DNA from: Klebsiella phage XDRKpn-1
Sequence record: PP792980.1
Reading direction: 5' to 3' (one strand)
DNA length: 32,000 nucleotides
Numbering within the stretch: the first letter of the stretch is position 1; every line of letters starts with the position of its first letter. The notes under the pieces are model-generated. The model had not been told where the DNA came from, ran no database searches, and saw only the letters and a program-made list of their open reading frames with translations. The position numbers and the translations under genes were made by a program. Shown here in pieces: positions 1 to 8,864 of this stretch.

Positions 1-636
1 AATAGATGGTTGAGTGCTCAGGGTAATAGATGGTGTTGTCGCTGACAGAATTTGGCTGTAAATTTCGCGGCTGTAAACCCGGCCTTGCCCCAGACCAACG
101 CCTGATGTAATAACCCAGCCACGGGCTTCACCAGTCCATGTGAAAGTCGCACTAACGTTATCGGTAGAAATCGTCATGCTATCAGCAGAGCCATAGATCG
201 ATTTACCGTTACCGTCAACAGTCAGAGGATAAGTGGAAAATTTACCATAAAGGTCACAGACAGTAACACTGTCACCAATACGTTTAGGGGAAGGGAACAG
301 CACCGTAGAGACGCCGTCCGTATTATCTACCAGATATGCACGCCCTGCTTGTAACAGGGAAGAGGAAGCATGAGGAAGCGCTTCCCAGCGCCCACCGTTA
401 CCGCCACCAAGCGGCAACCAGCCGCCTTCGTTGTAAAATCCTTCAAACTGGTCGTCATCTTCGTTATAACGGACAGCAGAAGGAACCCCAGATGCGTCAG
501 GAGTTTCTGGCACAGTCATTACCGCATCTGGGCCATGTTCTACAACACCATTATTCAGAATACCTTCTTGAAATACGGATTGATCTTGTGATTCAAGCCC
601 AAGCGGAAAATTTGGTTTCGTGGGTTTATTAGCCAT
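1..636 (-). CDS. Phage structural/tail-associated protein, truncated at left edge (MANKPTKPNFPLGLESQDQSVFQEG...)
   Basis: Open minus-strand frame from ATG at 636 to the window edge with no stop. Missing from the ORF track because the stop lies outside the window. Position next to fibre and baseplate genes. Confidence 0.75.
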   Translation of the reverse strand, partial: MANKPTKPNFPLGLESQDQSVFQEGILNNGVVEHGPDAVMTVPETPDASGVPSAVRYNEDDDQFEGFYNEGGWLPLGGGNGGRWEALPHASSSLLQAGRAYLVDNTDGVSTVLFPSPKRIGDSVTVCDLYGKFSTYPLTVDGNGKSIYGSADSMTISTDNVSATFTWTGEARGWVITSGVGLGQGRVYSREIYSQILSATTPSITLSTQPSI

Positions 637-687
637 TTGAAAATACCCCTAGCACATGTAATCGTCTAGGGGTATTTAGTTTAAGAT

Positions 688-1941
688 TTAGAAAGAAGCA
701 CGAAGTGAATAATCGACAGATGCTGCGGTTGTTGTATTAGCATTGGTCATTGTCAGGCGTAGTTTACCTGAAACAACAGAACCTGTGAACGACAAAGTCC
801 CCGCCGTACTTTTTTGTGTCAATGACGTTGCCTGAAGAGTACCGTCATACGTCATTGTGACCAAGAATGTATCAACCAATGTACCCCATTTGGCTGTAAT
901 CAAAATTTGACACAGATTCACCAAAGTGAAATCAGGTAACGCAGCACTACCAGAAGCCGGGACAGAAACACTGGTGGTGTTGGTTTTAGCCAATTTTACC
1001 GAACCCGCCAGCGCCAAATTCAAGGCGTTCATATCAGTAGTGTATGTCGACACATCGACTTTGTTTGTAGCCAGATCACTGATTTGACCGTCTAAACTAG
1101 CCATTTTGGTGTCATACGTCGATTTGTCAACTTTATTCGTAGACAGGCCGCTGATTTGACTGTCAAGGCTGGTCATTTTCGCCGTATACGTCGTATTGTC
1201 TACTTTCCCGGATTGCAAATTCGCTATCTGAGAATCCAGACTGGTCATCTTCGTCGTATATGTCGCAGTATCCAGTTTCAAGTTTATACGGTTGTTGACA
1301 CTGGTGAATTGCGTTTCAATGTTCAGCATATCTGAATCATAATCCACGACCTTCACGTAGTCGTTGAAACGGATGTCAGCGAAAAAACTGTTAAACAGAC
1401 TTGTCATAGACCATATTTGTGACCCACCTGTTGGTGAATACACCGCCAGCGATTGAGGAAGCGCTGTGTCTGTCCTCACGACAAGATTGGAGAGATCGAC
1501 TTCCAATTTGTTATAACCATTGTAAAGCAACGAAATCTTCAGACCAGAACCAGAACCGACGGAGTCCACAGTGCTCAGACCATGTTTTTTCAACATGCTG
1601 AGGTTCACCGCATCCGTGTTGGCCGCAGGTTCATCCGTAATCGTTATGGTACGTTGGGACGGGACTACGATGCCACCATTTGCATTCAGAACAGACGCAA
1701 AAGTCTTTTTCCCGTTTATCGTTTGTTCTTGCCCATCGGTACGAACAACTTTATTGGTCAAAACATCGTTCATCGTATCGATAGCAGATTTCAAGACGAA
1801 CGTAAGGTGTGCTGACGCTGGAGACAGATCGTCATCTACTGTGATGTCATTGACGACATCAGTTTTGTTCAGTTTTCCATCGACCGCATCTAGAATACTA
1901 TCTATCTGCTGGCCTGTATATTTGCTCAGATAATCAGCCAT
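688..1941 (-). CDS. Tail fibre-like structural protein with three 24-aa coiled-coil repeats
   Basis: Trimmed from 688..2022 to MADYLSKYTGQQIDSIL... Repeats TTKMTSLDSQIANLQSGKVDNTTY / TAKMTSLDSQISGLSTNKVDKSTY / DTKMASLDGQISDLATNKVDVSTY. Confidence 0.75.
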   Translation of the reverse strand: MADYLSKYTGQQIDSILDAVDGKLNKTDVVNDITVDDDLSPASAHLTFVLKSAIDTMNDVLTNKVVRTDGQEQTINGKKTFASVLNANGGIVVPSQRTITITDEPAANTDAVNLSMLKKHGLSTVDSVGSGSGLKISLLYNGYNKLEVDLSNLVVRTDTALPQSLAVYSPTGGSQIWSMTSLFNSFFADIRFNDYVKVVDYDSDMLNIETQFTSVNNRINLKLDTATYTTKMTSLDSQIANLQSGKVDNTTYTAKMTSLDSQISGLSTNKVDKSTYDTKMASLDGQISDLATNKVDVSTYTTDMNALNLALAGSVKLAKTNTTSVSVPASGSAALPDFTLVNLCQILITAKWGTLVDTFLVTMTYDGTLQATSLTQKSTAGTLSFTGSVVSGKLRLTMTNANTTTAASVDYSLRASF

Positions 1942-1945
1942 TTTC

Positions 1946-2797
1946 TTAACTCCTAGTGCTTTCGAGGAATACTTTGAAACCAGATGGATGGAAGTGTTGA
2001 CGGAACACGCGATCGAATACACCTTCGAAATCTGCGACGTCGCCAGGTATTCTTATGACATATGTGTATTCGTCATAGTAGTAATCATCACGAAGACCAA
2101 CTTCACCATCACAATCAAAGTTAGCATCCAAACCAGCCAAATCTTCTTTTGGGTAATACACAGTAACAGGAACACCGAAATAAATCCAGAAGAACAATTC
2201 TATTGCTTTCTGTGTTCCCCGTATCTTATAGATATGCTTCAACAGTTTTAACCAGCGGGTGTGGTCTAATGTCCGGCGGCGCGTACCCTCGATATAAACA
2301 GAGAACTGATTGCCATCGGATGTAATAAGGCCATCAGAGCCTTCTGGTACAAAGAACCCAAATTCAGGGAAAGATTTGTCAACCGTTCTTTGAAACCCGA
2401 ATTCTTTATACCAGGCGTCAATACTTGAATTCTTGTCTTCAGGTGAAAATAGAGGACGCCCATCAGAGTCCAACAATTCTTCAGTATCAAGCGCCATCAT
2501 TTGCTCAAATGTTCTGACCAAATATTTGTCAAGGAGCATATCACGCGCAGCAGTACCGGGCGTCTTCTGTATCTTCAGGTCTACCAGCTGCATCAGCGGG
2601 CTGGCGTCACTAGCCGGATTCAGCCAACTGGTGTCCGCCAGGTAAGCAAGGATTTCTTCTTCAGTGAAACCGTTTTGGCGATACAGCCAATTGAAGAACG
2701 TATCCATGAACTCAATGAACAGAGGGAAATCGTTCTGATAGAACAACGGCGTCTCATACTTGACGCCCAGATGTCCGTTATTAAGATCTTTGGACAT
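1946..2797 (-). CDS. Baseplate/tail protein, gpI-like
   Basis: 283 aa. IRGTQKAIELFFWIYFGVPVTVYYP resembles the RGT motif region of phage tail gpI-like/contractile-tail proteins. Directly downstream of the gp6-like gene. Confidence 0.55.
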   Translation of the reverse strand: MSKDLNNGHLGVKYETPLFYQNDFPLFIEFMDTFFNWLYRQNGFTEEEILAYLADTSWLNPASDASPLMQLVDLKIQKTPGTAARDMLLDKYLVRTFEQMMALDTEELLDSDGRPLFSPEDKNSSIDAWYKEFGFQRTVDKSFPEFGFFVPEGSDGLITSDGNQFSVYIEGTRRRTLDHTRWLKLLKHIYKIRGTQKAIELFFWIYFGVPVTVYYPKEDLAGLDANFDCDGEVGLRDDYYYDEYTYVIRIPGDVADFEGVFDRVFRQHFHPSGFKVFLESTRS

Positions 2798-4562
2798 AGC
2801 GGACCTCCGCTTCTACGGTCACATCACCAATACGAAGAACCTGATTGGATGTAACCTGGATGTTCTGGTTTAATCCTTCTGGGGATACGACAATCGCCGC
2901 GCCACCTTCATCATAGTTTGACACTGTGATCTGCTGAAGTTCAACGACGCCATTTGCGTAATCAACGACACCAACAGCCTGCACCAGATATTCCTTCGTC
3001 GTATCAGAAGTGCTGACCTTGTACATATTGAGAACACCATTTACATCCCGGATGTAATAAGTGAAATCAACTTCAGCTGGAAGCGGCTTGAAACCGTTGA
3101 TAATAACAGAACCAGATTTGATGGAACGCCCGAAATCAAATGTAAAACTGTCAAGAACACCATATTCTGGTTTGAAGTGACGCTTGTACGCGACAGAAGT
3201 AATATTGGAAACGATGGAACGCTCCATATCTGTTATGGCGTTTTGTAAAACTTCTTTGTCAAACAGCTCATCAAAATTGTCGAGATTATTGGTCCCCCAG
3301 GTTACAACACCTTTCTTGACGAGAGTTTTCAACCCGTCTTCAGCATACGCTGTTGCCGTCGGGTCCCAGAATATCGTGGTGTTGACCTGAATATACGTGA
3401 CTTCGGCGTCCACAACCTTCGGAGTTATAGAACCAACATTGTATTTGTCAAGGGTGGACACGATATCGGCTTTCTCGGCATCGGAAAGTGTTTCACCCAC
3501 AGTTGGGATTACAGCGATGTAAACATAACCAGGGTCCGGTGGATTGAGCGTATCTCCACCATATCCTTTAGCCCGTAGAACGTTCGAGAAGAGTTTCTCC
3601 GTCAGGTAGGCATAGTCTGTTTCGGCTACTGCTGCGCCGTCCGCCTGATAGCTCAGAGGGGCAAGACGCTTGGTATCCTCTATGGACTCTGGATCAGTAC
3701 CGCCCGCACTTCTTTCCGATACGAGTTCGATATCCACCAGGTTGTTCCCAGCAATCGCAGTCGCCGATGAAACTGAAGTGATATCGTTGCCATCCGCACC
3801 GGAAGTCTCCAGATACTGTAAGAACACGACGTTCCCATCTTCAACGCGACGACAAATATAACCATCCCCGAATTCAAAGGTATAGAATCCATCAAGGCCC
3901 AATTCCACGAAATAAAGACGAGCGTATTGATTCAGATCAAACGGACTGTTGTAACGATCAAATGTGTAAGAAACATCAGAAGTCTCAGATTCCTGCACGT
4001 TGACAACCAGATGATTGATATCTACATTAGTAGATGGGATCTTGTATGTACTGATCGCGCTACCTTCAACATCATACGTTTTGTAAAGCCAATCACCCTG
4101 AATGAGTTTTACATTCTCAAAAAGATAATATCCTTCTGGTCGCAGGGTTGTGGACACAGGCTTCTCAACGGTGAAGTTGTAAGACTTCCCATCTTTGGCC
4201 CCAACAAACATAACTTTGCGATCCATGATGATTTCGCTTGGTGCTGTGGTCGCGTCGTATGGAGTGACTTTGACATTTGCATACATGTACGCCGCCTGAT
4301 AGTTCTCAGGAGTGTATGACAAGAATGCAGATGACAAGCCAACATTAGAACGTTGTTGGGCTGATTGGAGGTGACTTTCTCCGTTCAGCATGTTTTGCAT
4401 AAAGCCGGTAGCATTCGCGTCAGAGGCGAGCAGACGGATGATAGCACTGAGACCAGATCCTTCAAAGTCATAATCCTTGAAGGTCGGATCAGCTTTCATA
4501 CGCTGCTTGATAATGTATTCGAAAGCCCTGACGTCGAGTGAAGGAACTGTTTGTGTAGCCAT
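2781..4562 (-). CDS. Baseplate wedge protein, T4 gp6/gpJ-like
   Basis: Start placed at MATQTVPSLDVRAFEYIIKQRMK (4562). Overall pattern (DFEGSGLSAIIRLLASDANATGFMQNMLNGE, C-terminal domain) resembles T4-like gp6. Confidence 0.7.
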   Translation of the reverse strand: MATQTVPSLDVRAFEYIIKQRMKADPTFKDYDFEGSGLSAIIRLLASDANATGFMQNMLNGESHLQSAQQRSNVGLSSAFLSYTPENYQAAYMYANVKVTPYDATTAPSEIIMDRKVMFVGAKDGKSYNFTVEKPVSTTLRPEGYYLFENVKLIQGDWLYKTYDVEGSAISTYKIPSTNVDINHLVVNVQESETSDVSYTFDRYNSPFDLNQYARLYFVELGLDGFYTFEFGDGYICRRVEDGNVVFLQYLETSGADGNDITSVSSATAIAGNNLVDIELVSERSAGGTDPESIEDTKRLAPLSYQADGAAVAETDYAYLTEKLFSNVLRAKGYGGDTLNPPDPGYVYIAVIPTVGETLSDAEKADIVSTLDKYNVGSITPKVVDAEVTYIQVNTTIFWDPTATAYAEDGLKTLVKKGVVTWGTNNLDNFDELFDKEVLQNAITDMERSIVSNITSVAYKRHFKPEYGVLDSFTFDFGRSIKSGSVIINGFKPLPAEVDFTYYIRDVNGVLNMYKVSTSDTTKEYLVQAVGVVDYANGVVELQQITVSNYDEGGAAIVVSPEGLNQNIQVTSNQVLRIGDVTVEAEVRYVQRS

Positions 4563-4916
4563 GTTGATCTCCGTCACACAAGTTTGAATATGGTGTTGGA
4601 GATATTTAGCTGTTGAAGACAGAGAAAGGAATTTGTTCTCGCGCGCGTTATTATCAAATATATTAATCAACTCGCTTCGCTCGTAAGACCGCCCTGTGCG
4701 GGCTGGCACCCTTCCACAGCCAGGGAGGCTGCTTCTCGTTGTTCGTTGACACTCACAACTCGAAGGGCACAGCGTTAGCATACAGTCTAGAGATGTGTTA
4801 GAAAAGTAGTTTCTGCCTATTAATAAAACACTCCTGTAATTTAGAGACCAATATTCAATAACAATCGTTCTATTATAATGATGGCGTTTATTTCAATTCT
4901 ACAAGAGGATCTTATT

Positions 4917-5486
4917 ATGCACATTAACACCGCAGTTATGAAACACATCATTCCTTTATTAGAAAAATATGAAGGACAACAAGCCACCAAAATTTCTTTG
5001 ACGACAATTGCTGAGGAAGTTAAACTCCTGACAAATAAAGGGGTAAATTTCCGTCGCGTTATCGACAATGCGGTTTCCCTTGCTCGTTCCGATATGAAAC
5101 ACAACACCTTTTCATTTAACATCGACGTCACGAGTGAGTTCCGCAACGAACTGGAACAATCTTCCACCGCCCGCCGCGACCGCTTCCGTCATTTATATGT
5201 TCGTCCCAACATGCCGGAATGTCGTATTGGGATCAAACTGGAAGCCGTCCGCACGGACACTGCGTTCACGATCAATTATGTTCTGGAACCAGAAAGCCAG
5301 CGCATCTACTTCGTTGCGATCATCGGCTTCTACGGTAATGCCATCAATGGCTGGTGTGACCGCGTTAATCTGGGCGAAACAACGAATTCACATTCTATTC
5401 CGTCTACGCATTATATGTCGAACGCAGCTGCTCAGGAATATGTGTTTATCCTAGAGAAGGTTGTGAAGTTTTCTGTGGTAAAATAA
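4917..5486 (+). CDS. Hypothetical protein
   Basis: MHINTAVMKHIIPLLEKYEG..., start chosen after AGAGGAT Shine-Dalgarno-like sequence. Confidence 0.65.
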   Translation: MHINTAVMKHIIPLLEKYEGQQATKISLTTIAEEVKLLTNKGVNFRRVIDNAVSLARSDMKHNTFSFNIDVTSEFRNELEQSSTARRDRFRHLYVRPNMPECRIGIKLEAVRTDTAFTINYVLEPESQRIYFVAIIGFYGNAINGWCDRVNLGETTNSHSIPSTHYMSNAAAQEYVFILEKVVKFSVVK

Positions 5487-5543
5487 CGCTTTATTCAATA
5501 CAGAATTACAGTAAAGTAATTTGCATGGAAGGGAGGGAACAGT

Positions 5544-5717
5544 ATGACAATCATAGCGTTACTCCTTATCCTCATCATCGGGATGGCCTTCACTCTCCTA
5601 GGAACACCCGATGTTTACTCTGGCAAAGCGCCTTCGATAGCGCACCGGGTTTTGAGCAGAGGTTCGCCGCAGGATTTCAGGTCCTGTTGCTCAAGAGGAG
5701 AGGACTTTTCAAATTAG
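5544..5717 (+). CDS. Small membrane peptide (57 aa), below the ORF-track cut-off
   Basis: MTIIALLLILIIGMAFTLLGTPDVYSG... with GGGAGG just upstream of ATG and an N-terminal hydrophobic helix. Confidence 0.5.
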   Translation: MTIIALLLILIIGMAFTLLGTPDVYSGKAPSIAHRVLSRGSPQDFRSCCSRGEDFSN

Positions 5718-5888
5718 CCGTGTTGCAGTATCATAAAATTTCAAGGGAAACAGCACAGTGGGAGTAGGCTTGAACCCGAAACCAGTTAACCCCTAGTCTC
5801 AGGGGCTTGTGTGAATAGAGGCAGCGCAGTAACCCTGCTGGTGTTGGTGGACGCACTGACCGTCGGAGAACGAAACTCCCTGTTGAAA

Positions 5889-5994
5889 GTGTGATTAGCT
5901 CAGAAAAGTACCCGCAAAGCGGAGACGAGAGCATCCCGGCGGCGAGTCGACACCGCACGATGGGAAGGTCGAGGGCTGGTAATCCTCATCACAC
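5889..5994 (+). ncRNA. tRNA-like cloverleaf with expanded D loop (27 nt) and anticodon loop (22 nt)
   Basis: GTGTGAT(5889-5895)/ATCACAC(5988-5994); TA; GCTC(5898-5901)/GAGC(5929-5932); A; TCCCG(5934-5938)/TGGGA(5961-5965); AGGTC; GAGGG(5971-5975)/TCCTC(5983-5987) with 7-nt loop. Confidence 0.55.
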
Positions 5995-6160
5995 CGACAA
6001 CATTATGAGTCTTCTAAAGAGGGTTCATAATGTTGCGTCAAAGGGCAACACAAAGGTTTCCTGTTGGTAACATAATTGTTCCTACTGTCTTCCCGGATTC
6101 TAGGAGCGCCAACAGGACGAGGCCGGATGCGTAAGTTCCGGCAATAAAGAAGAGGCCAAT

Positions 6161-6412
6161 ATGAAACAATTTGTTTTGGAAGAATTGAAACGTTTGGGTG
6201 TAAACGTGATTTCTGTTGAAACCCCGGTTACGGTTCTTGAAACGCCTTCTGTTCCTCAGGGTGTTGCTCTGAACATGAGCAGCTATATGGCGGATACAGT
6301 GGAAGAAGTTGTTCAAACTCTTTCTGCGTGTAGCGTTGTATTTCTTTACCAGGTTTTTGAAGAGAATGGTAAGGTTAAATTTCGTTGTGCGCCTTGCGTC
6401 ACCAAGAAATAA
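6161..6412 (+). CDS. Hypothetical 83-aa protein
   Basis: MKQFVLEELKRLGVNVISVETP... preceded by AAGAGG 6-10 nt upstream. Confidence 0.65.
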   Translation: MKQFVLEELKRLGVNVISVETPVTVLETPSVPQGVALNMSSYMADTVEEVVQTLSACSVVFLYQVFEENGKVKFRCAPCVTKK

Positions 6413-6813
6413 AAGTTTTGTCAATAAGGGTTAACAAAGTATAGTTAACCCACTGAAGCGAAAAGCTGTTTGGGCATTAGACAAACACTTCGATGTGAAC
6501 CCAGGACATGGTGTCTTGTGCTCAAACAGGTTTTCGTTCTCGTTGTGCGCGACTTTGCGGGTTTTTAGAAACTGACCACAAAAGTAAATGCAAACGATAA
6601 TACGTTCCTGGCAGTAGCTTAACAGCCATACACCAGTGAGGTCTTCCGATTCCTCATCACCAAATTCGGCGCACTAACAATAGGCGGGAGGGTGTGATTA
6701 ATAAGCTCCCGCCGACAATGAGCGGAGCAGGTGCTTAAAAAGGTTTCAGGCGTGAGCCAGCCCCTAATTTGGGGCGCACCCTGGGAGGTTCGATTCCTCC
6801 CTCCAATCCCAAA

Positions 6814-6939
6814 GCCGTTATATCTGACTGTCAAAAGGGGATAAGCTCCTGAGTAAGCAGAGGTGGGTTGCCTAAGTCAGATGGGATGTAAGGTCAGCGC
6901 TGGCCGAGCATTTGGGTTCGACTCCCTAAAACGGCTCCA
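6814..6939 (+). ncRNA. tRNA-like element with canonical T loop and encoded TCCA end but no recognisable anticodon arm
   Basis: GCCGTT(6814-6819)/AACGGC(6930-6935) then TCCA; T loop TTCGACT (6917-6923); ATCTGACT(6822-6829)/AGTCAGAT(6875-6882); GGTCA(6892-6896)/TGGCC(6901-6905). Confidence 0.5.
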
Positions 6940-8304
6940 TCTTTGAGGGCATTCCGCGTCAGACGCGAAACTGCATGGAACTTCAGGGGAAAGGCAACTT
7001 AAATCCGACGCCGGAATAGCGCTAGTCAATATCGGAGCCTGTTGTACACTGAATGCTCTCAAAGATGGAATGCAAGGTAAATGCAAATCGGTTCTCACTT
7101 GTAATGGCTCACCACCGTGAACGTGATTCAGGACTGAGATGACATTTCATTGTGCAAGGTTTGAAGACATGTTGCGGTTCATAACCCTACAGCCTCTGTT
7201 CAAAACTGAACACAATGTCTGGTGATCTGGCAGACACCCGGTCTTGCATGACATCCACACAAATCGAAGTGCCTTGACAATTTATCTTAAACCCAAAGGT
7301 TGATCTACAAAGTGGACGGCCAGCCCGGTAGACGATAACAATATGTTGGGCCACAACTGTTGAGTCAGGGCACTTCGATTTGTGAACTTGAGAGAGCGTT
7401 GGGTGAAAAAGACCACGCCTTGCAGATTGCGATGCCTACACATTCCGGACACTGGTGGGCACCAAGAAGAACTCAGTAGCAGACGAGCCATCAGGGTTAG
7501 CTACCCGGCGCGGCGAGGACTGGGAGGCCGAACTAAGGGGAAACCCGAGACAGGCGTAGTATTCTCAAGTTCACAAAATGAAGAGCATTAAAGAGTTCGA
7601 TTCTCTTTCAGGCCATTCGTGGTGTGGTGTGAGTCATGAATGTTCTTCATCTTTGGGTGATTCTATGTTGCCGGGCTATCAACCCATGCTTGCTGGAGCA
7701 ACCAGCGGCTCTGAATCAACCAGCCAGCCTCGTTTGGTCCGAGCGTTAGAGGACAAGTTGCTTCTGTATAGATGCTGCTATGTTTGGTGAATTCTGCTAA
7801 GCGCAAGAGGGAACGGAATAGTCTCATCTCCTTGAGTCTGATGGTTTCATCACACCCGGCCTTATTTTCCGTGGTAAGGTCATCGGGAGGCACCCGACAC
7901 CAAACAGCTTGGTCTAGCGAATAGACAAGTGCCTGACTTTCACTCAGGTGCGAGTTGCGACATTGGTTGCAACTTTGAGGACACTGGCATCCGAATATCA
8001 GTTATGGGTGACTAGTAGACGTCGTCAGTGTCCTCAAAGTTGTGTCCAACCCGATCTTACAAGCCCGTATCCCGGTCTGGTTAAGACTTGTAAGTGGAAA
8101 GCCCTGGAAAAATAAACTCCTGGGATGAGCCTGGCAGCAGGGCGATGACATCCAGAAGAGTTGCCGTAAGGTGCTTGATAAGACTCGCATGAACTGATCA
8201 TGCGCAAACGGGATAAAAGGTCTAGCAGCCCTTGGTTGATCACAACTCAACTATTAAAACCCGGCCCGCCATAAGTGCGGTCAAATAATGATAGGAGAAG
8301 CAAC

Positions 8305-8349
8305 ATGACTTGGCGACAGCGCGGTTACAAACCTGTAGAATTGATCTAA
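8305..8349 (+). other. Possible 14-codon mini-ORF (MTWRQRGYKPVELI) with strong ribosome-binding site
   Basis: AGGAGAAGCAACATG...TAA inside the structured RNA region. Confidence 0.3.
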
Positions 8350-8566
8350 AATTTGCCGGCGCCCTGGTTGAGTGAGAGATCGCTGCCCAAACCGGGAGGA
8401 ATGGGGGAGGTAAATCCTCCCCCAGACCAAAGAGTAAACAGTTCATATTGTCGTGGGTAATCCTTTAGGCCGGACTGATCAAACGGTTTATGGGTCGCTA
8501 TAGGACAAGAGATTCCAACCCTCTGTCTTGGTATTGTCCACGACAATATGAATTAAAAGATTTTGG

Positions 8567-8642
8567 TCCTGTAGCTCAGTGGTTAGAGCAGTCGACTCAT
8601 AATCGATTGGTCATTGGTTCAAAACCAATCAGGATCACCATA
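8567..8642 (+). tRNA. tRNA with CAT anticodon (Met, or Ile if modified)
   Basis: Acceptor GGTCCTG/CAGGATC, loop CTCATAA, encoded CCA. Confidence 0.95.
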
Positions 8643-8648
8643 TTAAGG

Positions 8649-8749
8649 GGCGATAGTTTAAGGGATAGCTGTCCGGACGGCGAGTCCCGAGATAGAACGG
8701 CTGGAGGCCAATCCAGCAGGTGAGGTGAAAATCCTCAGACCCCGCCAAA
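8649..8749 (+). ncRNA. tRNA-like element with expanded D region
   Basis: GGGG(8649-8652)/CCCC(8742-8745) then GCCA; GTTT(8658-8661)/GAAC(8697-8700); GCTGG(8702-8706)/CCAGC(8715-8719); TGAGG(8723-8727)/CCTCA(8735-8739) with loop TGAAAAT. Acceptor pairing is only 4 bp. Confidence 0.35.
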
Positions 8750-8864
8750 TTTGTTGGACTGCCAACAAGCTCTGGTCTACGGCAGGCGAGATGGGATCGC
8801 GGGATTAAAATACCGCCTCGGGAGCACCTAAATAAACCAGTTGTTCAATAAACGATTGGTGAGT

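Larger units (their letters stand above)
6425..8554 (+). ncRNA. Long structured non-coding region, one or several large RNAs
   Basis: No convincing ORF over about 2.1 kb. Long helices: 6459-6475/6520-6536; 6937-6954/7051-7068 (18 bp, one G.U); 7258-7278/7364-7384 (21 bp, one U.G); 7381-7393/7563-7575 (13 bp); 7969-7988/8024-8043 (20 bp, two G.U); 8442-8456/8540-8554 (15 bp). Confidence 0.6.

Noticed and set aside
4840-4890. Promoter with TATAAT at 4874-4879 in the divergent intergenic region
   Set aside because: The -10 matches, but I could not see a convincing -35 at proper spacing, so it is not listed as a feature.
6783-6811. Complete tRNA ending at T arm GGGAGG-TTCGATT-CCTCCC with CCA
   Set aside because: The T arm is perfect, but no 5' acceptor strand (ATTGGAG-like) was found upstream. 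Kept only as part of the structured region.
6937-7068. Group I intron
   Set aside because: Looked for P/Q/R/S-like core motifs near the long helix. No convincing R/S pair and no interrupted CDS or obvious exon junction.
7578-7790. ORF of 70 aa in the non-coding region
   Set aside because: No Shine-Dalgarno, lies among long RNA helices and starts just inside a closed domain; more likely chance, though not excluded.
6425-8554. CRISPR array
   Set aside because: The repeats are inverted complementary arms of different sequence, not direct repeats with regular spacers.
8305-8642. tmRNA
   Set aside because: The mini-ORF is not placed between matching halves of a tRNA-like domain, and the downstream tRNA at 8567-8642 is a complete independent tRNA.
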